Positions 11,824 to 25,335 of a stretch of 64,000 nucleotides of DNA are shown in pieces. The stretch is from Octopus sinensis. Its lineage: Eukaryota. Position 1 is the stretch's first letter. Each line of letters begins with the position of its first letter. The position numbers and the translations under genes were made by a program. The stretch spans positions 52,018,001 to 52,082,000 of the forward strand of contig NC_042997.1 in NCBI RefSeq assembly GCF_006345805.1. The letters run 5' to 3'. The notes under the pieces were generated by a model. That model was not told the DNA's origin. It saw nothing but the letters and a program-made list of their open reading frames with translations, and ran no database searches.

Positions 11824-13393
11824 TTTTTTTTCCCTTCTTTCATGAGTTGAGAAGAATTTTTATTACCGTTAATGACTTTTCTCTTCATTATCAGCGTAAT
11901 TTCAAGTGATATGTTAGCACGCACTTAACTTTACGTTTTTCATACAGAAAGTATCCTTGAGAAATTTTCTTCTTATGTATAGTATACTGTCTTGAAAAAA
12001 GGTACAAAGCAAATGAAAGACGGAAGTTTAAGTGGAGAAAGTATAGAGTTTTGGGAATTGGAAGTATATTAACGCTAGTAGCAATAAAAATAAGTGATAG
12101 AAGTGTTAGCAACAATAGGATACGAAAAAACTACAGATGGCCGACATTGACAGAGAGTATAAGCATTTGTTGTGAGGAAGAAGTAAGGTCTAACGTTTCA
12201 ACCAGAAAATTAGTCGGATAGAGAAGTTAAGTTTTCTGATGATACATTGGGAGTAAATATAGAATAGAACTGACAATGATTAAGCTATCGAAAGAGTAAG
12301 AGCTTATCTGTCTCACCAAAAACTTGAATGCCGTCTATCATGTGTGCAATAGTGGTGAGTGCATAATCTTAGATGTAAACAGTTGGTTATGAAGAGGAAA
12401 TCCAGTAACTTAGAGCTCGTTTTGGTTTTGTCAAGAAGAGTATACAACTTCTATTACGAATCGTTTTAAGATTTTAAGCCAACAGCCTGTATGAAAGAGT
12501 AATAATTTCAGTAAATTTTTTTAATACGCACAGAGACACAAAGCCTAATGTTGGTCTCCTGCGGTTTACGGTATTTAGTAAAGTTGAATATGAATTGTTA
12601 TTAGAGCTAGGTAAGAAAGGTATTGCTGCGGTAGTTTAGCCCTAGGCATGTGATAAAGGGCATTCTTGCAGTATCGATCCCATCTTTTTTTTTTCAAATA
12701 GGTTTACATTATCAAAAGTGTACTTTCTTTTTCTAAAGACAGTAGAGAGTCACTTGAGGGACATTTGGCTGCTATTTCAAACAAATATCTTAATCTCAAA
12801 AGTAAAACGAAACTTAGGAATGACCGACTAATACCACATTTTCTTGTAATCTAATTATGCATCTGCAACAAGGGGGCATAACAAATTACTTACCATACTT
12901 ACGTTACAACAGTCCTAACTGCATTATATCCCCACCCCTCGGGAAAACCAATGCACAAGGACCTGTTGTATTTATTTTTTTATTGGCAGTTTGTCACAAA
13001 ACACAGATTAGCACAGGATCCCTAGATCCATGCAACGCCAGAAACAACAGTTAAACATGTCTACGTCTTAAGACGGCACAGCCTTACATCTATCAACAAA
13101 AGAATTAGACAACGAAAGAAATTATTTTAATATCCCATGGCGATATCAGACACACCAAAACAATATATGGAGAAAGAAATGAATTATCTATTTATGCCAT
13201 TTCCCTTATTATATTTTGTATGGTCGAAATTAAGATTTGAAATAGAAACCAGCATCACTAAAAGGAGTGAAGATGACGGACTGCACCGAATTACACTAAT
13301 AGAGGGGTGAAGACACCAAAATGATTGTAAATAAAATTGACGTGCAGTGTTTATAATAAAAATAATTTATTATGTCTAATACTTTATATATAA

Positions 13394-13570
13394 CTAGCAG
13401 TATCGTCCGGCGTTGCTCGGGTTTGTAAGGGAAATAACTATATAAGCATTTTTAGAGAGTTACTTCCCTTATATAATAGCAAAAAAAAATGCATTAAATA
13501 TGGGAAAAAATTGGGGTAATTTTTTTTTTAAATCGTAGACTCATCGTAGACACGCGCTAATACCCAGAAT
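13394..13570 (-). mobile_element. Helitron-type 3' end
   Basis: Minus strand acccgagcaacgccggacgatactgCTAG|T, i.e. hairpin plus CTAG. Confidence 0.65.
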
Positions 13571-14088
13571 GTATTTTTATTTTTGCAGTTTTATTGTTTG
13601 TCTATGCCAGAAAAAAGGCTTTTTCGTTCGTCCTCTTGTGTGGTTCATTTCCTGTATCGTATTCTCTTTTTATTTTCTCGTTTTGTAATTATTTGTATTT
13701 TTTGTACATGTATTTTTATTTTTGCAGTTTTATTGTTACGTCCTGTTCGTGTTCGTACTCATTTTGCCCCGCTGCTTGGAATTTTATTTTAATTCTCTCG
13801 CAGGAAGGCCTATTGGATTAGTGTTCTGTCTCTGCCTTCGAAACATGCTTGACTCCACTAGCGACAGCTGATGACGGGGTTTTTTTCCTTGTGTAGCTCG
13901 TCCTGTAACTGTTTTTTCGTTTTCTTGTTTTTTGTTTTCTTGTTTTTGTTTTTTTGTTTTTCCCGTTTCTACGTCCTATTGTGGTGTCCTGAACTCACGT
14001 ATAATTATTTATATATGCATGTATATATACATGTAGATGTAGGTACGTACATATATGTTTGTATGTATGCATATATTTTTATTTATCA

Positions 14089-14146
<58 letters not shown>

Positions 14147-14185
14147 CATACATATATCTATATATAACATTCTCACTCTATCTCG

Positions 14186-14229
<44 letters not shown>

Positions 14230-14275
14230 CAATCTACCTATATATATATATATGTATATATAATATTATATATAA

Positions 14276-15701
14276 CTAGCAGAGATACCCGGCATTGCTC
14301 AGGATTATGTTCAAACAGGTAATACGGGAAAGTGCAGCATTGACGACAAAGCATTTGTGGAGTAAATGGTGGTCCAATTCGGCCAAGCAACATATAATTC
14401 GTCTGGTTGGAGGATTCAAGGCCCTATACTATCATGGAGAACTGGGAGTGGGGAGAGGTTATGTAATTTTTGAACCCAGCGAAAAGCTGTCAGTGGATGA
14501 CTGTCGGCTTTGACTGTCAGCGCCGCGCCTAACACGACCCATCGTATGGTTGACAATCAAATGAATGGAGGTGTAATGGAGGTGCTGTACGTAAATGGAT
14601 ACATTCCGGAAATGGACTGCAACGGGAGACGACAACGGGGAAGTGAACTGTTGAAATGTTGCAGAAGGCGAAGGGTTGACATTGGATGGCTGTAGAATAA
14701 GAAACAAAGTGAGCCTATGTCATCATACGAAAATATGTAGCAATGAATTACTTGAAAAAATAAGGCATAATGATTTACCGCGTGGTATGGATATATGTCT
14801 ATTTTTTATGCAGTGCAAATTGACGAAATATAAGCAAATTATACATTCATGCATGTCAGTCGTCACATATGTATATGTATATGTAGATGTGTATGTGTGT
14901 GTTTAATAACATACCTTTACATATGTATATGTAGATGTGTGTATGTTTAATAACGTACTTAACGCGGAAAGACACATACACTGAGACATATACACACTCA
15001 TACACTTACATACACACACAGATACACAGTCATATGCAAAATGTGATGTCGTCGTTGTGGTATAAAATGTCCTGTTGACAATAGAAAGATTATCTCTATG
15101 AAATATTATATTGTTTTAATCGAAATGAAAATAATCGAAATGAAAATAAAATTTCGTATTGACACTGACTAGCCCTCATATACATATAGTATGTTTAATA
15201 ACATATCTAACGCGGAAAGACACACACGCTGTGAGACATATGCCCACTCATACACTCACACACATACATTCACAGACAGATACATATTTATATACAAAAT
15301 GTGACGTTGTCGTCGTCGTCGTCGTCGTTAACTATCCCTCACATACATATAGTGTGTTTCGCAACATACCTAACGCGGAAAGATACACACACTGTGAGAC
15401 ATATACACACTCATATACTCACACACGTCGTCATCGCGGTTAGAATTAAAAGTAAAAGTAAAAAAGTGAAGCAATATATCACATTACAATATATATGCTA
15501 TTCTTTCACTTTTATTCTTTGAGTTTTGACACATAATACGGAACCAGTGCCAATGTTGCATTGTTTTAATCAAAAAAAAAAAATTACATGTTGACACTCA
15601 CGGGGTCTGATAATATAATACCGTGTAAAATTTGAGTTGGTTGAGCCATTTGAGAATGCATTGGGGACAGACAGAGGGAGAAGGGATTTTATATATATAG
15701 A
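14276..15701 (-). mobile_element. Non-autonomous Helitron (~1.43 kb) with internal tandem repeats
   Basis: Minus-strand 5' A|TCTATATATATAAAA at 15701 and 3' hairpin plus CTAG|T at 14276. Three ~150-bp internal units (taacgcggaaagacac...) lie at ~14950-15430. Confidence 0.7.
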
Positions 15702-15722
15702 TAAATATTAACATTAGATAAA

Positions 15723-15827
15723 TGTGAAGTTGTCTATGAAAACATTAAGTGTGAAGTTGTCTTTGAAAACATTAAGTGTGAAGTTGTCTATGAAAACAGT
15801 AAGTGTGAAGTTGACTACGAAGACAGT
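15723..15827 (+). repeat. 27-bp tandem repeat, ~4 copies
   Basis: Unit gtgtgaagttgtctatgaaaacattaa. Confidence 0.85.
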
Positions 15828-16454
15828 CGATGTAAACATGTGACGTGACAATTCAAAGTGAAACTGAGCGACGAAGAACCACGCTACACAAGACACCCAG
15901 CCAGGTTTGACTACTTCTTCCACTCTATGTAATTTAGCTTGTTGAACTGGCCTGCGGTTTCCTATCTGCTGACTTGTCGGTTGGAATCATGTTGGTGTCA
16001 GGAAACCGCACTTTGCAACAATATTATCTTTTATATATCCCCATCCCATCACCACATCCAGTCAAATAAAGTAAAAGCTATTTTCCTCTAGATTTTGGAC
16101 ATGCTGTCAAATTAATTTTAGGAAGTGTTCTTTTTAGATGCTTTCGTATACATGTATCTATAGATGCGCTTGTATATAAAAATTACATTAACACTCTACG
16201 CTTTTTAAGCTCTCAAATTCTCAAATGTTCGGAAAAAAGTTTTATTACGCTATTGGACTATTAGCCTTTTCCAAAGATAAATTTCCATTTACTGTTAATT
16301 TCCGAATTAATAACTAACTTTACTTGCCTTGTCTTTTCTTTCACTCTTTCTCACTCCACCCCTCTCTCTAAACTATATTATGAAAGTTATTTTCTTTTTT
16401 AGAATATGTACTGCCGAAAATTGTACATTATGCTTGCCATGTTAGCGATCATTT

Positions 16455-16730
16455 ACACCTTCAAATAGTCTTCGGATCTTTTCGCTTTGACCGGCAGTTT
16501 TTTAAAATAATTTCTTTGTAACTAAACACTTTTAAACTTCGTATACTGGTAGAATGTGTTTATAAAACATCTTTTTCTCTTGGCTTTCTTGAGAAAATTC
16601 TGTAGTTTGTAAGCTATTTGTTGTTTAATTTCTTGCATTTCGGCAATTTCAATCAATCAGTGACGTCTATTGAGGTGAATACAATCTCTCCGGATCTTTG
16701 TCAACAACAATTATTTGCGGTGTCATATGA
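16455..16730. repeat. Single diverged arm related to the TIR of the 16906-17840 element
   Basis: Shares gatctttt...gaacggcag...gtaactaaacactttcaaacttcg...ctggtagaatgtg. Confidence 0.65.
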
Positions 16731-16905
16731 ATTTAACATTAAAGACAAACATTTTAAACTTATTTACTTCAAACTATAATGTTTTCTAACCAAATTTTAC
16801 TTGATACGTAAATGTACATTCATTTACATTTTGGATGTGATCTTGTACTTTAAATGTGCCATTTTAATTTTGCTAGTTGTTTATGTCACTATTAGTGCTA
16901 TTTTA

Positions 16906-17840
16906 GGATCTTTACCCTTTGAACGGCAGATTTAGAAATTAAATTTTTTGTAACTAAACACTTTCAAACTTCGGACACTGGTAGAATGTGTCATTAAAGC
17001 ATCTTTTCCTCTTAGTGTTGTTGAGAAAAGTTTGTATTTTCAAAGTTATTTTGTGCTAAAGTTGTCATATTTCGGTAATTTCAACCAATCAATGGCGTGT
17101 ACTCAGCTGCATAAAATTACTGCTGTCGTTTGTCAACAACTTCCTGCGGTGTATATTTCGTTTGTCACTTTTATTTATGACATTTAATCTCAGTTACGTT
17201 TGTATGAATAAACGAGTGTATCTGAAGCATGTTTACTTCATGGCACCACCACAATCGTTCGTGCATTTCTACTGCTTTTAGTTTTTTTTTTTTCCTGTTT
17301 TCAGCTACTATTTTCGGAAAGACTTTTCCACCTACCCCACACCTTCCAATTTCTTCATTTTTCACTTTTTTCCGTAACTCAGACCCTAAAATCCCAACCC
17401 TAACCCTAAAAGCCCAACCCTAACCCTAAAACCCTAACCCTAACCCTAACTCTGAAACCTTAACTCTAAAACCCAAACCCTAACCCTAAAACTCTAACCC
17501 TAACCCTGAAACCCTAAAGCTAAAACCACTACAAACGCACGATGTCATAAATAGCAGTGACAAACGAAATATACATCGCCCATAGTTGTTGTTGACAAAC
17601 AACGGCAGTAATTTTATTCAGCTGAACACACGCCATTGATTGGTTGAAATTACCGAAATACGACTACTTTAACACAAAATAACTTTGAAAATACAAACTT
17701 TTCCCAACAACACTAAGAGTAAAATATGTTTTATATGACACTTATAAAATATGTTTTATATTCTACCAGTGTCCGAAGTTTGAAAGTATTTAGTTACAAA
17801 AAATTAATTTCTCGATCAGCCGTTCAAAGGGAAAAGATCC
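16906..17840. mobile_element. Foldback/MITE with ~270-bp TIRs and a central telomere-like array
   Basis: 16906-17175 is the reverse complement of ~17540-17840; 17376-17527 is a degenerate (CCCTAA)/(CCCTAAAA) array. Confidence 0.8.
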
Positions 17841-18716
17841 CCATTTTATTTAGTAATATGTTGGAGTTACAATTTTCGATCGCTATAGTTTCCCTAAGGC
17901 CTTGTTCGAGTAAAGCATGGCAATATTTTGTGAGACATGGGTAACTTTAGAATGGCGTGGAAATAATTGATTAACTGTAATTAAAACTCCTTTTCTGAAT
18001 ATATATCTTCTATATACTAACCTTATCAGTGGGGTGCATGCTATTTTGGAAAATCGAAGAGAAGCGTGGGGCAAAAATGGTTGAGAAGCACTGGACTTGT
18101 ATTAGAAGAAACTAATGGTTAGGATTAACACCATATGTTACGGTACTGACACGAATTTTACTGAGGCCATTAAGAAACAATATAAATGCAAAAAGACGAT
18201 ATCTGTCAGCTAAGATTACACATACTTTTGGGAAAACTTATGAAGATCAATATTTAAAGCAAATATATAAAGGATCATAGAAAATATGTGTTAATTACTT
18301 TTGTATTGGAATATATTTTTAGCCTTTCAAAACTAGCTGATTGAGAACCTATACAAGATTAATATGCGAAGTGTCATAATTTTGAATTCGTAGGCTCGGT
18401 CAATTAAAATAGTAAATCTATACAGTATATAATTATGACTGTATACTGATGTATTTTATAAATCCTCCCAGACAGTTATATTTAGCTGAATGGTTCCCAC
18501 GATATGATCACTTTTCCCCGGAAAAATTACATAACAACTGAATTAAATATGTGTGCACAATTAATTTGTAAATTAATCACGTGAAATAGCCTCATGGAGG
18601 AGCTAGAAAAGCATTAACTATAAATATTATAATAATTATAATTTCAAATTTTGGTACAAGGCTAGCAAGTTCGGGAGAGGAGGGTAGGTCGATTACATCA
18701 ACCCTAGTGCGCAACT

Positions 18717-19230
18717 GGATGCAGTACCAGGCAGTGGCTCTCATGGCTTTTGATCTTAACTGATTGGAAGTGTTATCATGTACATTGTTTTGTCTTGGTA
18801 TAAAAGATGGGCTACAGCAAATATTCTGCTCAATACCACAGATTTGCTTGTCAGTTGTTTGACCTTAACCAGTTGAGCATGTCCCTTAGTGGCTGACGAT
18901 ATGTGCATCTTATGTGTTGAGAGGGATTGTTTGGGGTTTGAATAGTTCACCTCTGGAAACATGGGTGGTTTTTTCAACATCCTTAAACAACCCTTATTCA
19001 GGGACCGTTTGAGCGGGATGGGCTACTCAACCCGAAGAAAATTCTAACTGGGCCCCACCTGCGAGGTCATGTGCTGTTTATCTTGATATGAGATCACCAT
19101 GTCGCGCACATATGGCTGTGATGCATGTGCCTGGTGTACCCTTATCAGACGGGTAGTCATGATGGGTATATTGGGCTTCGTATATTTTACCCCGGTGTCA
19201 CTTTGATGGCATGAACTGCTCTCTCACTCA
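18717..19230 (+). repeat. Abundant ~500-bp interspersed repeat abutting (AAT)n, probably retroposon-derived; other copies inverted at ~25510-25965 and ~31183-31545
   Basis: Shared gtcactttgatggcatgcactgctctctcactca end; three copies in the window. Confidence 0.75.
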
Positions 19231-19257
19231 ATAATAATAATAATAATAATAATAATT

Positions 19258-19465
19258 TCTACTCTAGGCACAAGACCTGAAATTTGGTGGGAGGGGGTAA
19301 GTCGATTGCATGGACCCCAGTGTTCAACTAGTTCTTAATTTATCGACCCAGAAAGGATGAAAACCAAAGTCGACCTCGGTTGAATTTGAATTCAGAAAGT
19401 GTAGACGGACGAAATATCGCTAAGCATTTTGTCCGGCGTGCTAACGATTCTGCTAGCTCACCGCC

Positions 19466-19468
<3 letters not shown>
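19258..19468 (-). mobile_element. SINE family A inserted in (AAT)n
   Basis: Full head ggcggtgagctagcagaatcgttagcacgccgg on the minus strand. Confidence 0.85.
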
Positions 19469-19529
<61 letters not shown>

Positions 19530-19691
19530 TAATAATAACTCTTTCTACTAAAGGCACTGAAATTTTTTGTGGGGACCCCAGTGCGTAACAAGTACTTATT
19601 TCATCGACCCCGAAAGGATGAAAGGCAAAGTCGACCTTGGCGGAATTTAAATAATAATAATAATAATAATAATAATATAATAATAATAATA

Positions 19692-19724
<33 letters not shown>

Positions 19725-19726
<2 letters not shown>

Positions 19727-20100
19727 TTCGTCCGTCGTTGTCGACAATGACCAAAGGACCACACATAGGGAAGAAGAAGATAGTTTCACGGTGTGTCAGG
19801 CTGTGGGCGATCAGGCCGATGCATGCTCGGAACGTTCTGCCTCTCTACGCCACCCCCTCTCTACCAAACTGCCGGCATCAGTTGTTAGTTGTCGGAGCAC
19901 TGCATCCTTCAAAACTTCCATGCTTCCTGAGATTCGCCAACACTACACTTGATTTTCTCCCCTCCATACACACACAAGCATGTATCTGACTCATACATTG
20001 TTCGCTTTCCAGACATTTCTACATTACTGCATGTACTTTATATGCACTTTCTGACAAGTTGTGGTGCACCTGAGCACTGTATACAATAATTTCATTATTA
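19725..20100. repeat. Composite of LINE 3'-end fragments (RTE-like and CR1-like)
   Basis: gttcgtccgtcgttgtcgac resembles an RTE end; the right part ends in aataatttcattattatta. Recognition from memory only. Confidence 0.35.
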
Positions 20101-22318
20101 TTATAATAGATTAAAGACGATGCATAGATGCAGAAGTGGGATCAGAACCCGTTAGGGAAATCAATACACTAGGGTGCCTACATACACAATGACAGCATAC
20201 ATAGATGGGTCCTCTAGATTAGTGGTTCTTCCCCGGGTAACTGCTCTATATGTCACGCTCCAAGACAACACTCGGTGAGATGTGTATGAGTATATATTTT
20301 CTAAAAGTTCAAATGGCGCTGCATTTGAAGAAAATGTGAGGGAGGGATATGCAAAGCTGGAGAGGCAACCGATTGGAAACGGTATTTGCTAATCGGATAT
20401 CAATGGGGTAAGGATAAGACTGGTACACTAGGATTATAGTAGGTAGGAAGAGTAAAACATTCATGTTGTACAACCCCAGATCAACATTGAATAGATCAAT
20501 GCATTCTAATCATGACTTTTCGTACCTTTTAGTGGATCCAAAATTTCATGATATAATGTATGATTCCATTTTTAAGACAGTGGTATAAGGCGTAATGCGA
20601 AGGAGATTTGACTGCTATTTCTAGCAGGTCGAGCGACTCTGCATATGATAACTCCTTGCCTTAAAAGCAAAATGTAGATTTAAAGAGTGGGTATTTTGTC
20701 AATATGCGCATACGCATATCAATCCGAACTCTTACGAAAGTGAAAAAACGAGAGGGGCGTACACGGGTGGGTTTTACAACAGGGAACACGTTCATTTAAG
20801 TCTGAAGAAGCCATGCCAAGCGTAAGAATAAGTTATGATAGGACCCTGAGAGTCCTGAAGTTTGCCGTCCTATTCAAGAAAAACGCAACATAATATAAGT
20901 ATATAAAAAAGCTGCCCAAGATGCACCACAGTCACGACTCAATTATGCAAGAGCCTAGGCTGACGAATATTGAGGAAATCTATGATCAAAGAGTCCAGTC
21001 ATGACCATCATACTTGAATCAAAGACACTATTCAGTATAAATTTCTTTAGGTGTCAACTTTTTAGAGATAGTAGTATATGAATTAAGGGAATTTTAGCTG
21101 TTATTTCTAACGTCAAAGTGGCTACGTGGAATCTCTCATACAGAAACATTTATAAGGTTATTCATAATTAAATCTCGGAACAGTTGTGCTCTTCATGTAA
21201 TAATTTCCAAATTTTGGCACAAGACTTTTCGTGTTGTAATATAACTGCTGATACACCGTTGTGTTGTAATATGACTACTGGTACAGTAATGAACAGTGAT
21301 TATATGCAATCTTTATAAAACGTATGCATTAACAATTGCTCTGCAATACGGCTTCTGGTCACATAAAACATATGCTAATAAAATATAATAGCGTATACTA
21401 CAAAAAAAAAAAAGTAGTAACGGTGCATATGTGTTTTTTGCCAAAAAAAAAAAAAATGACACATAAGAAGCAACTCAAATGATCTAATGATATAAATTTA
21501 AATAATTCAGATTGACGACGGGGTATTAATGATACCCGAAAAATATTTTGAACGGATTGAAATTTACTCTTTAGTTGTAGAAAGAAAACAAAGACGTAGA
21601 GGAATTTATCAGTGATATTTAATTCAAAAGGCGAGATAATTTCAAAGAATTAAGAAGGGAAATTTTGGTCTTTGCTGGTAGGGACGATGACAGCTATGAA
21701 CATATTTCATGGTTATTAGGTCTCATCAACGAAACATATTTTTTTCAAAATTGTCAGACAAGTAGATTCAGATTTTTACATGTTGGAAAACTGTACGAAC
21801 ATTTTCAGGCAGTTGTAATTTGAATAATTGCAAAAACTGTCAGATAAATAATTCAAGTAGGCCAATGACATGGATTTAGAACATTCAGAGAGGTGATTGT
21901 GTCTGACTGTTTCCTCGCCAGACGTGCTACCTGTTGGAATTCCCTCCCCGAACGTACTTCTCCAGTGTAGACATCGATGTGGAACCACAAAAAAGGTTTA
22001 TCTATTGTCACTGCATTGCCAATTTATTCGGATGACCTGAAATGACAAACGTGAAAGGAAGCTTATTAAAATATTCTCACTTAGAAGCGTCTGTTTATTT
22101 ATCCTAAATTGAACTTAAATATCAGAGGAACCAGACGGTGAGCTACGTTTGCGAAATTAAAATCATGTAGGGATTGGGCAATCTGTTAACAAACGCTTTT
22201 AACTTTATCATGAGTTGAATGATATTTTCATTTGTTTCTTCATATATATATAGAGAGAGAGGGGAGAGGGGAGAGAGAGAGAGAGAGAGAGAGAGAGACA
22301 AACAGACAGACAGATATA

Positions 22319-22399
<81 letters not shown>

Positions 22400-22403
<4 letters not shown>

Positions 22404-22712
22404 GTATAGTGCAAAGGTGACGAAAGTGCAACACAAAGACGAATTAAAAAAAAGGATAAATCGAGATGGTATTAGTTTGACGCTCAGGAAATTGAAAAAA
22501 AAATGTTTTTGACGTTTCGAGGATACACTCTTCTAAAAGATAATATTGAGATGGAGAGAAAAGAACAGAGAACGAACAGGATAAAAACGCACGTGTTATG
22601 TATTGCATGCGTGTATGTATGTATGTATGTATGTATGTATGTATGTATGTATGTATGTATGCATACAGGTATATATATATATATATATATATAATATAAA
22701 TAATATATATGC

Positions 22713-22743
<31 letters not shown>

Positions 22744-22900
22744 TAATCCAAACAAGAAAACACAAAAAAACACAACAACGTGAGGACGTGGAACAAATAT
22801 AGTATTATTGGACGCTCAGGAAAGAAGGGAAGAAGGAGGGTTTAACGTTTCGAGCGGAGCTCTTCGTCGGAAACATAGGAGAAGGAAAGATCCAGAGAAG
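22400..22900 (-). repeat. Two same-orientation copies of the hammerhead-like repeat, ~335 bp apart
   Basis: Motifs at 22505-22540 and 22840-22874, each next to gacgctcaggaaa. Confidence 0.55.
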
Positions 22901-22958
22901 GGAAGACAGAGGAAAAAAATCGCCAACGGTACACACGAGGTCACATTTTCAAAAAAAT

Positions 22959-23290
22959 GAAATGCGAAAACAAATGAGTTCAATACGCAAACAACGAGAG
23001 AAACAAATGGGAAACAGGACACCCTCTATGTTTGTTTTCGTTTGGTCTCCTTGTATGTCTCCACTGTCCTGTTTTTGTTCCAAACTTTGACCCTCCATAA
23101 AACCCAGATTTTATTTTGGTACTTGTGGGAGCAACTGTCTTCGAAGACTCATATTGTCGTTCAATGCTCGAAATGAGGAATAGATAGACAGCCGACAACA
23201 GATGAAGGGTCCTTCTTTATGTTACTAGACCTGTTTTCCATTTGTTTCTCTCATTGTTTGCGTATTGAACTCATTTGTTTTCGTATTTCA
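22959..23290. repeat. Inverted repeat (~60-bp arms)
   Basis: aaaacaaatgagttcaatacgcaaacaacgagagaaacaaatgg / ccatttgtttctctcattgtttgcgtattgaactcatttgtttt. Confidence 0.8.
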
Positions 23291-23674
23291 TGTTGTTTAC
23301 TGCTGGTGACGCCCTGTACCCATATATACATATGTATGTGTATATATATTATTTATATTACTATTTGATTGAACGCCACGCATCCATTTCCAAGTAAGCT
23401 TATCTTAATCTTTTTCATGAGACTCTACTCTATACTATTTTCTCCTCCATCGTTTTCTCTCTCATCCTTTCTCTAATTCTCTTTTTTTTCTCCCCTTCGC
23501 CGTTTTCTATCTGTCTCTTTCTCTCTCCCCCTCTTTGCATATATATATATATAATATATATATATAATATAATAAATAAATAAAATATATGCATATATAC
23601 ATACATATATGTACATACTTACATCTAGATGTATATATACATGCATATATATATATATTTCTCTTCTCCAAGTA

Positions 23675-23755
<81 letters not shown>

Positions 23756-24189
23756 TACATAATTATTAGAGAGTTACCACTATGTGGATAGCTCTTGTGC
23801 TAAAAATAGCTCCGATAGTATAGCCACAGAAATGATTTTTCCAACTAGAAATAACATTACATTTAACGGAAGGAAAGTGAAACATAACGAATAAATAGAT
23901 TGACCCGGAACAATTGTTTCATTACTAATGTAATTTTACTTACATCTATAAATCATCAGCAGAGGTTTGTCTTAAATACAATTTATTAGACCAACACGAG
24001 CGTCAAAGTACACGTGCGGTTTAACCAATTGCATTTTTAGTATTGCCTCAAAATTCCCCGCGAAAAGCATGCTAAGACTCGTTGGAAACGTATGCTGCAT
24101 CAAATAAAATATTTACTGCCGCATAATTAAATTTATAAATTTATAAATGAGGGTGAAAAATCGATATTAATTTAATAATACCATTAATT

Positions 24190-24415
24190 TAACACGGAGT
24201 GGCTTAGCACAAAAAACTATGGAGAATTGGTAAAACCGCACGTGTAAATAATTACCGGGGTACTTGTTTCTTGTGAGTAAATGTCTAAGTCACAATCTGG
24301 ATAAGCTAGGGCTTTTCGAAAAAGAAATCAACCTGCTAATTCGCACATTACAAATGCAATCAGTAAGTGAAACCGTAAAAGTTTGCAATACTTTTCTCAA
24401 GTTTAAAATGTGAAT
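24190..24415 (+). mobile_element. Possible decayed LINE ORF2 C-terminal remnant
   Basis: Reading LDKLGLFEKEINLLIRTLQMQSVSETVKVCNTFLKFKM* resembles non-LTR ORF2 ends, judged by eye only. Confidence 0.3.
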
Positions 24416-24623
24416 TTTCTTTTGTTATCGACATCCTAACAATAGAGCTTTGCATCTTTGTTAGAAATTAATTTCTTTTCTCAGAAAAAAGGCTTCAAAT
24501 AAAAACAGAAGAGAATTTACATACATACACACATACATTCATACATAACACACACAAACGCGCGCGCGTGCACACACGCCCACACGCACACACACACACA
24601 CTCTCTCTCTCTTTCTCTCTCTT

Positions 24624-24700
<77 letters not shown>

Positions 24701-25117
24701 TAGAAATAGACACACAGGAAGGAAGGAAACGTAAAGGGATTGTATTTAGACACATTAGAGGATACTTGTCTAATGCGTTCAAATACTTGATTTTATTGTA
24801 TAAAATGAGGTCATATATTTCAGTTAAAAATACCTAATGATATTTAAAACTCACCAATGTCCAGTTTGTTATTGCTGTAATTGTTGTTTTATCCCAGATT
24901 AATCCTGTTTGAGTTGACCTATGATCAAACGCATTTCCATTCGTGATTATCACCTGATATTTTCTTTTCAAGGTTAGCATATTTGTATACTAACATATAC
25001 TTTCTTTTCTCTTTGAAGATTGTAAAGGCAATTTAGCAGTTATTTCCAACAGGCCAAGCAATCGTTTATAGGTTCTATTTTTGAGTCATCTAACATCCAA
25101 GAAGAAGTCTACCTGTA

Positions 25118-25335
25118 CGACGGGTTGCTGAAAAGTTCTTGGCTTTCGTTAAAAGAAAATTCAAGAGGATCAGTTAATTATGATTTTATTCAATATATTC
25201 CCTTCTCAGATTCACACACTTATTGCAGCGGTCCTCCAGTTTTTCTAAGCCCTGTAAAAAGAATTTGGAAGGTTGGTCCACCAACCAGGCCTTTCGCGAT
25301 ACTCTTAAAACCAGGAACTTTTCAGCACTCCCTCG
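25118..25335. mobile_element. Mariner-derived MITE (~220 bp)
   Basis: TIRs cgacgggttgctgaaaagttcttgg / ccaggaacttttcagcactccctcg; TA on the left. Confidence 0.75.

Noticed and set aside
15723-15827. Regular 27-bp repeats as a possible CRISPR array
   Set aside because: Contiguous tandem units without unique spacers, in a eukaryotic context.
20340-20500. Possible RTE endonuclease remnant
   Set aside because: Similarity too weak and interrupted to support without a search.
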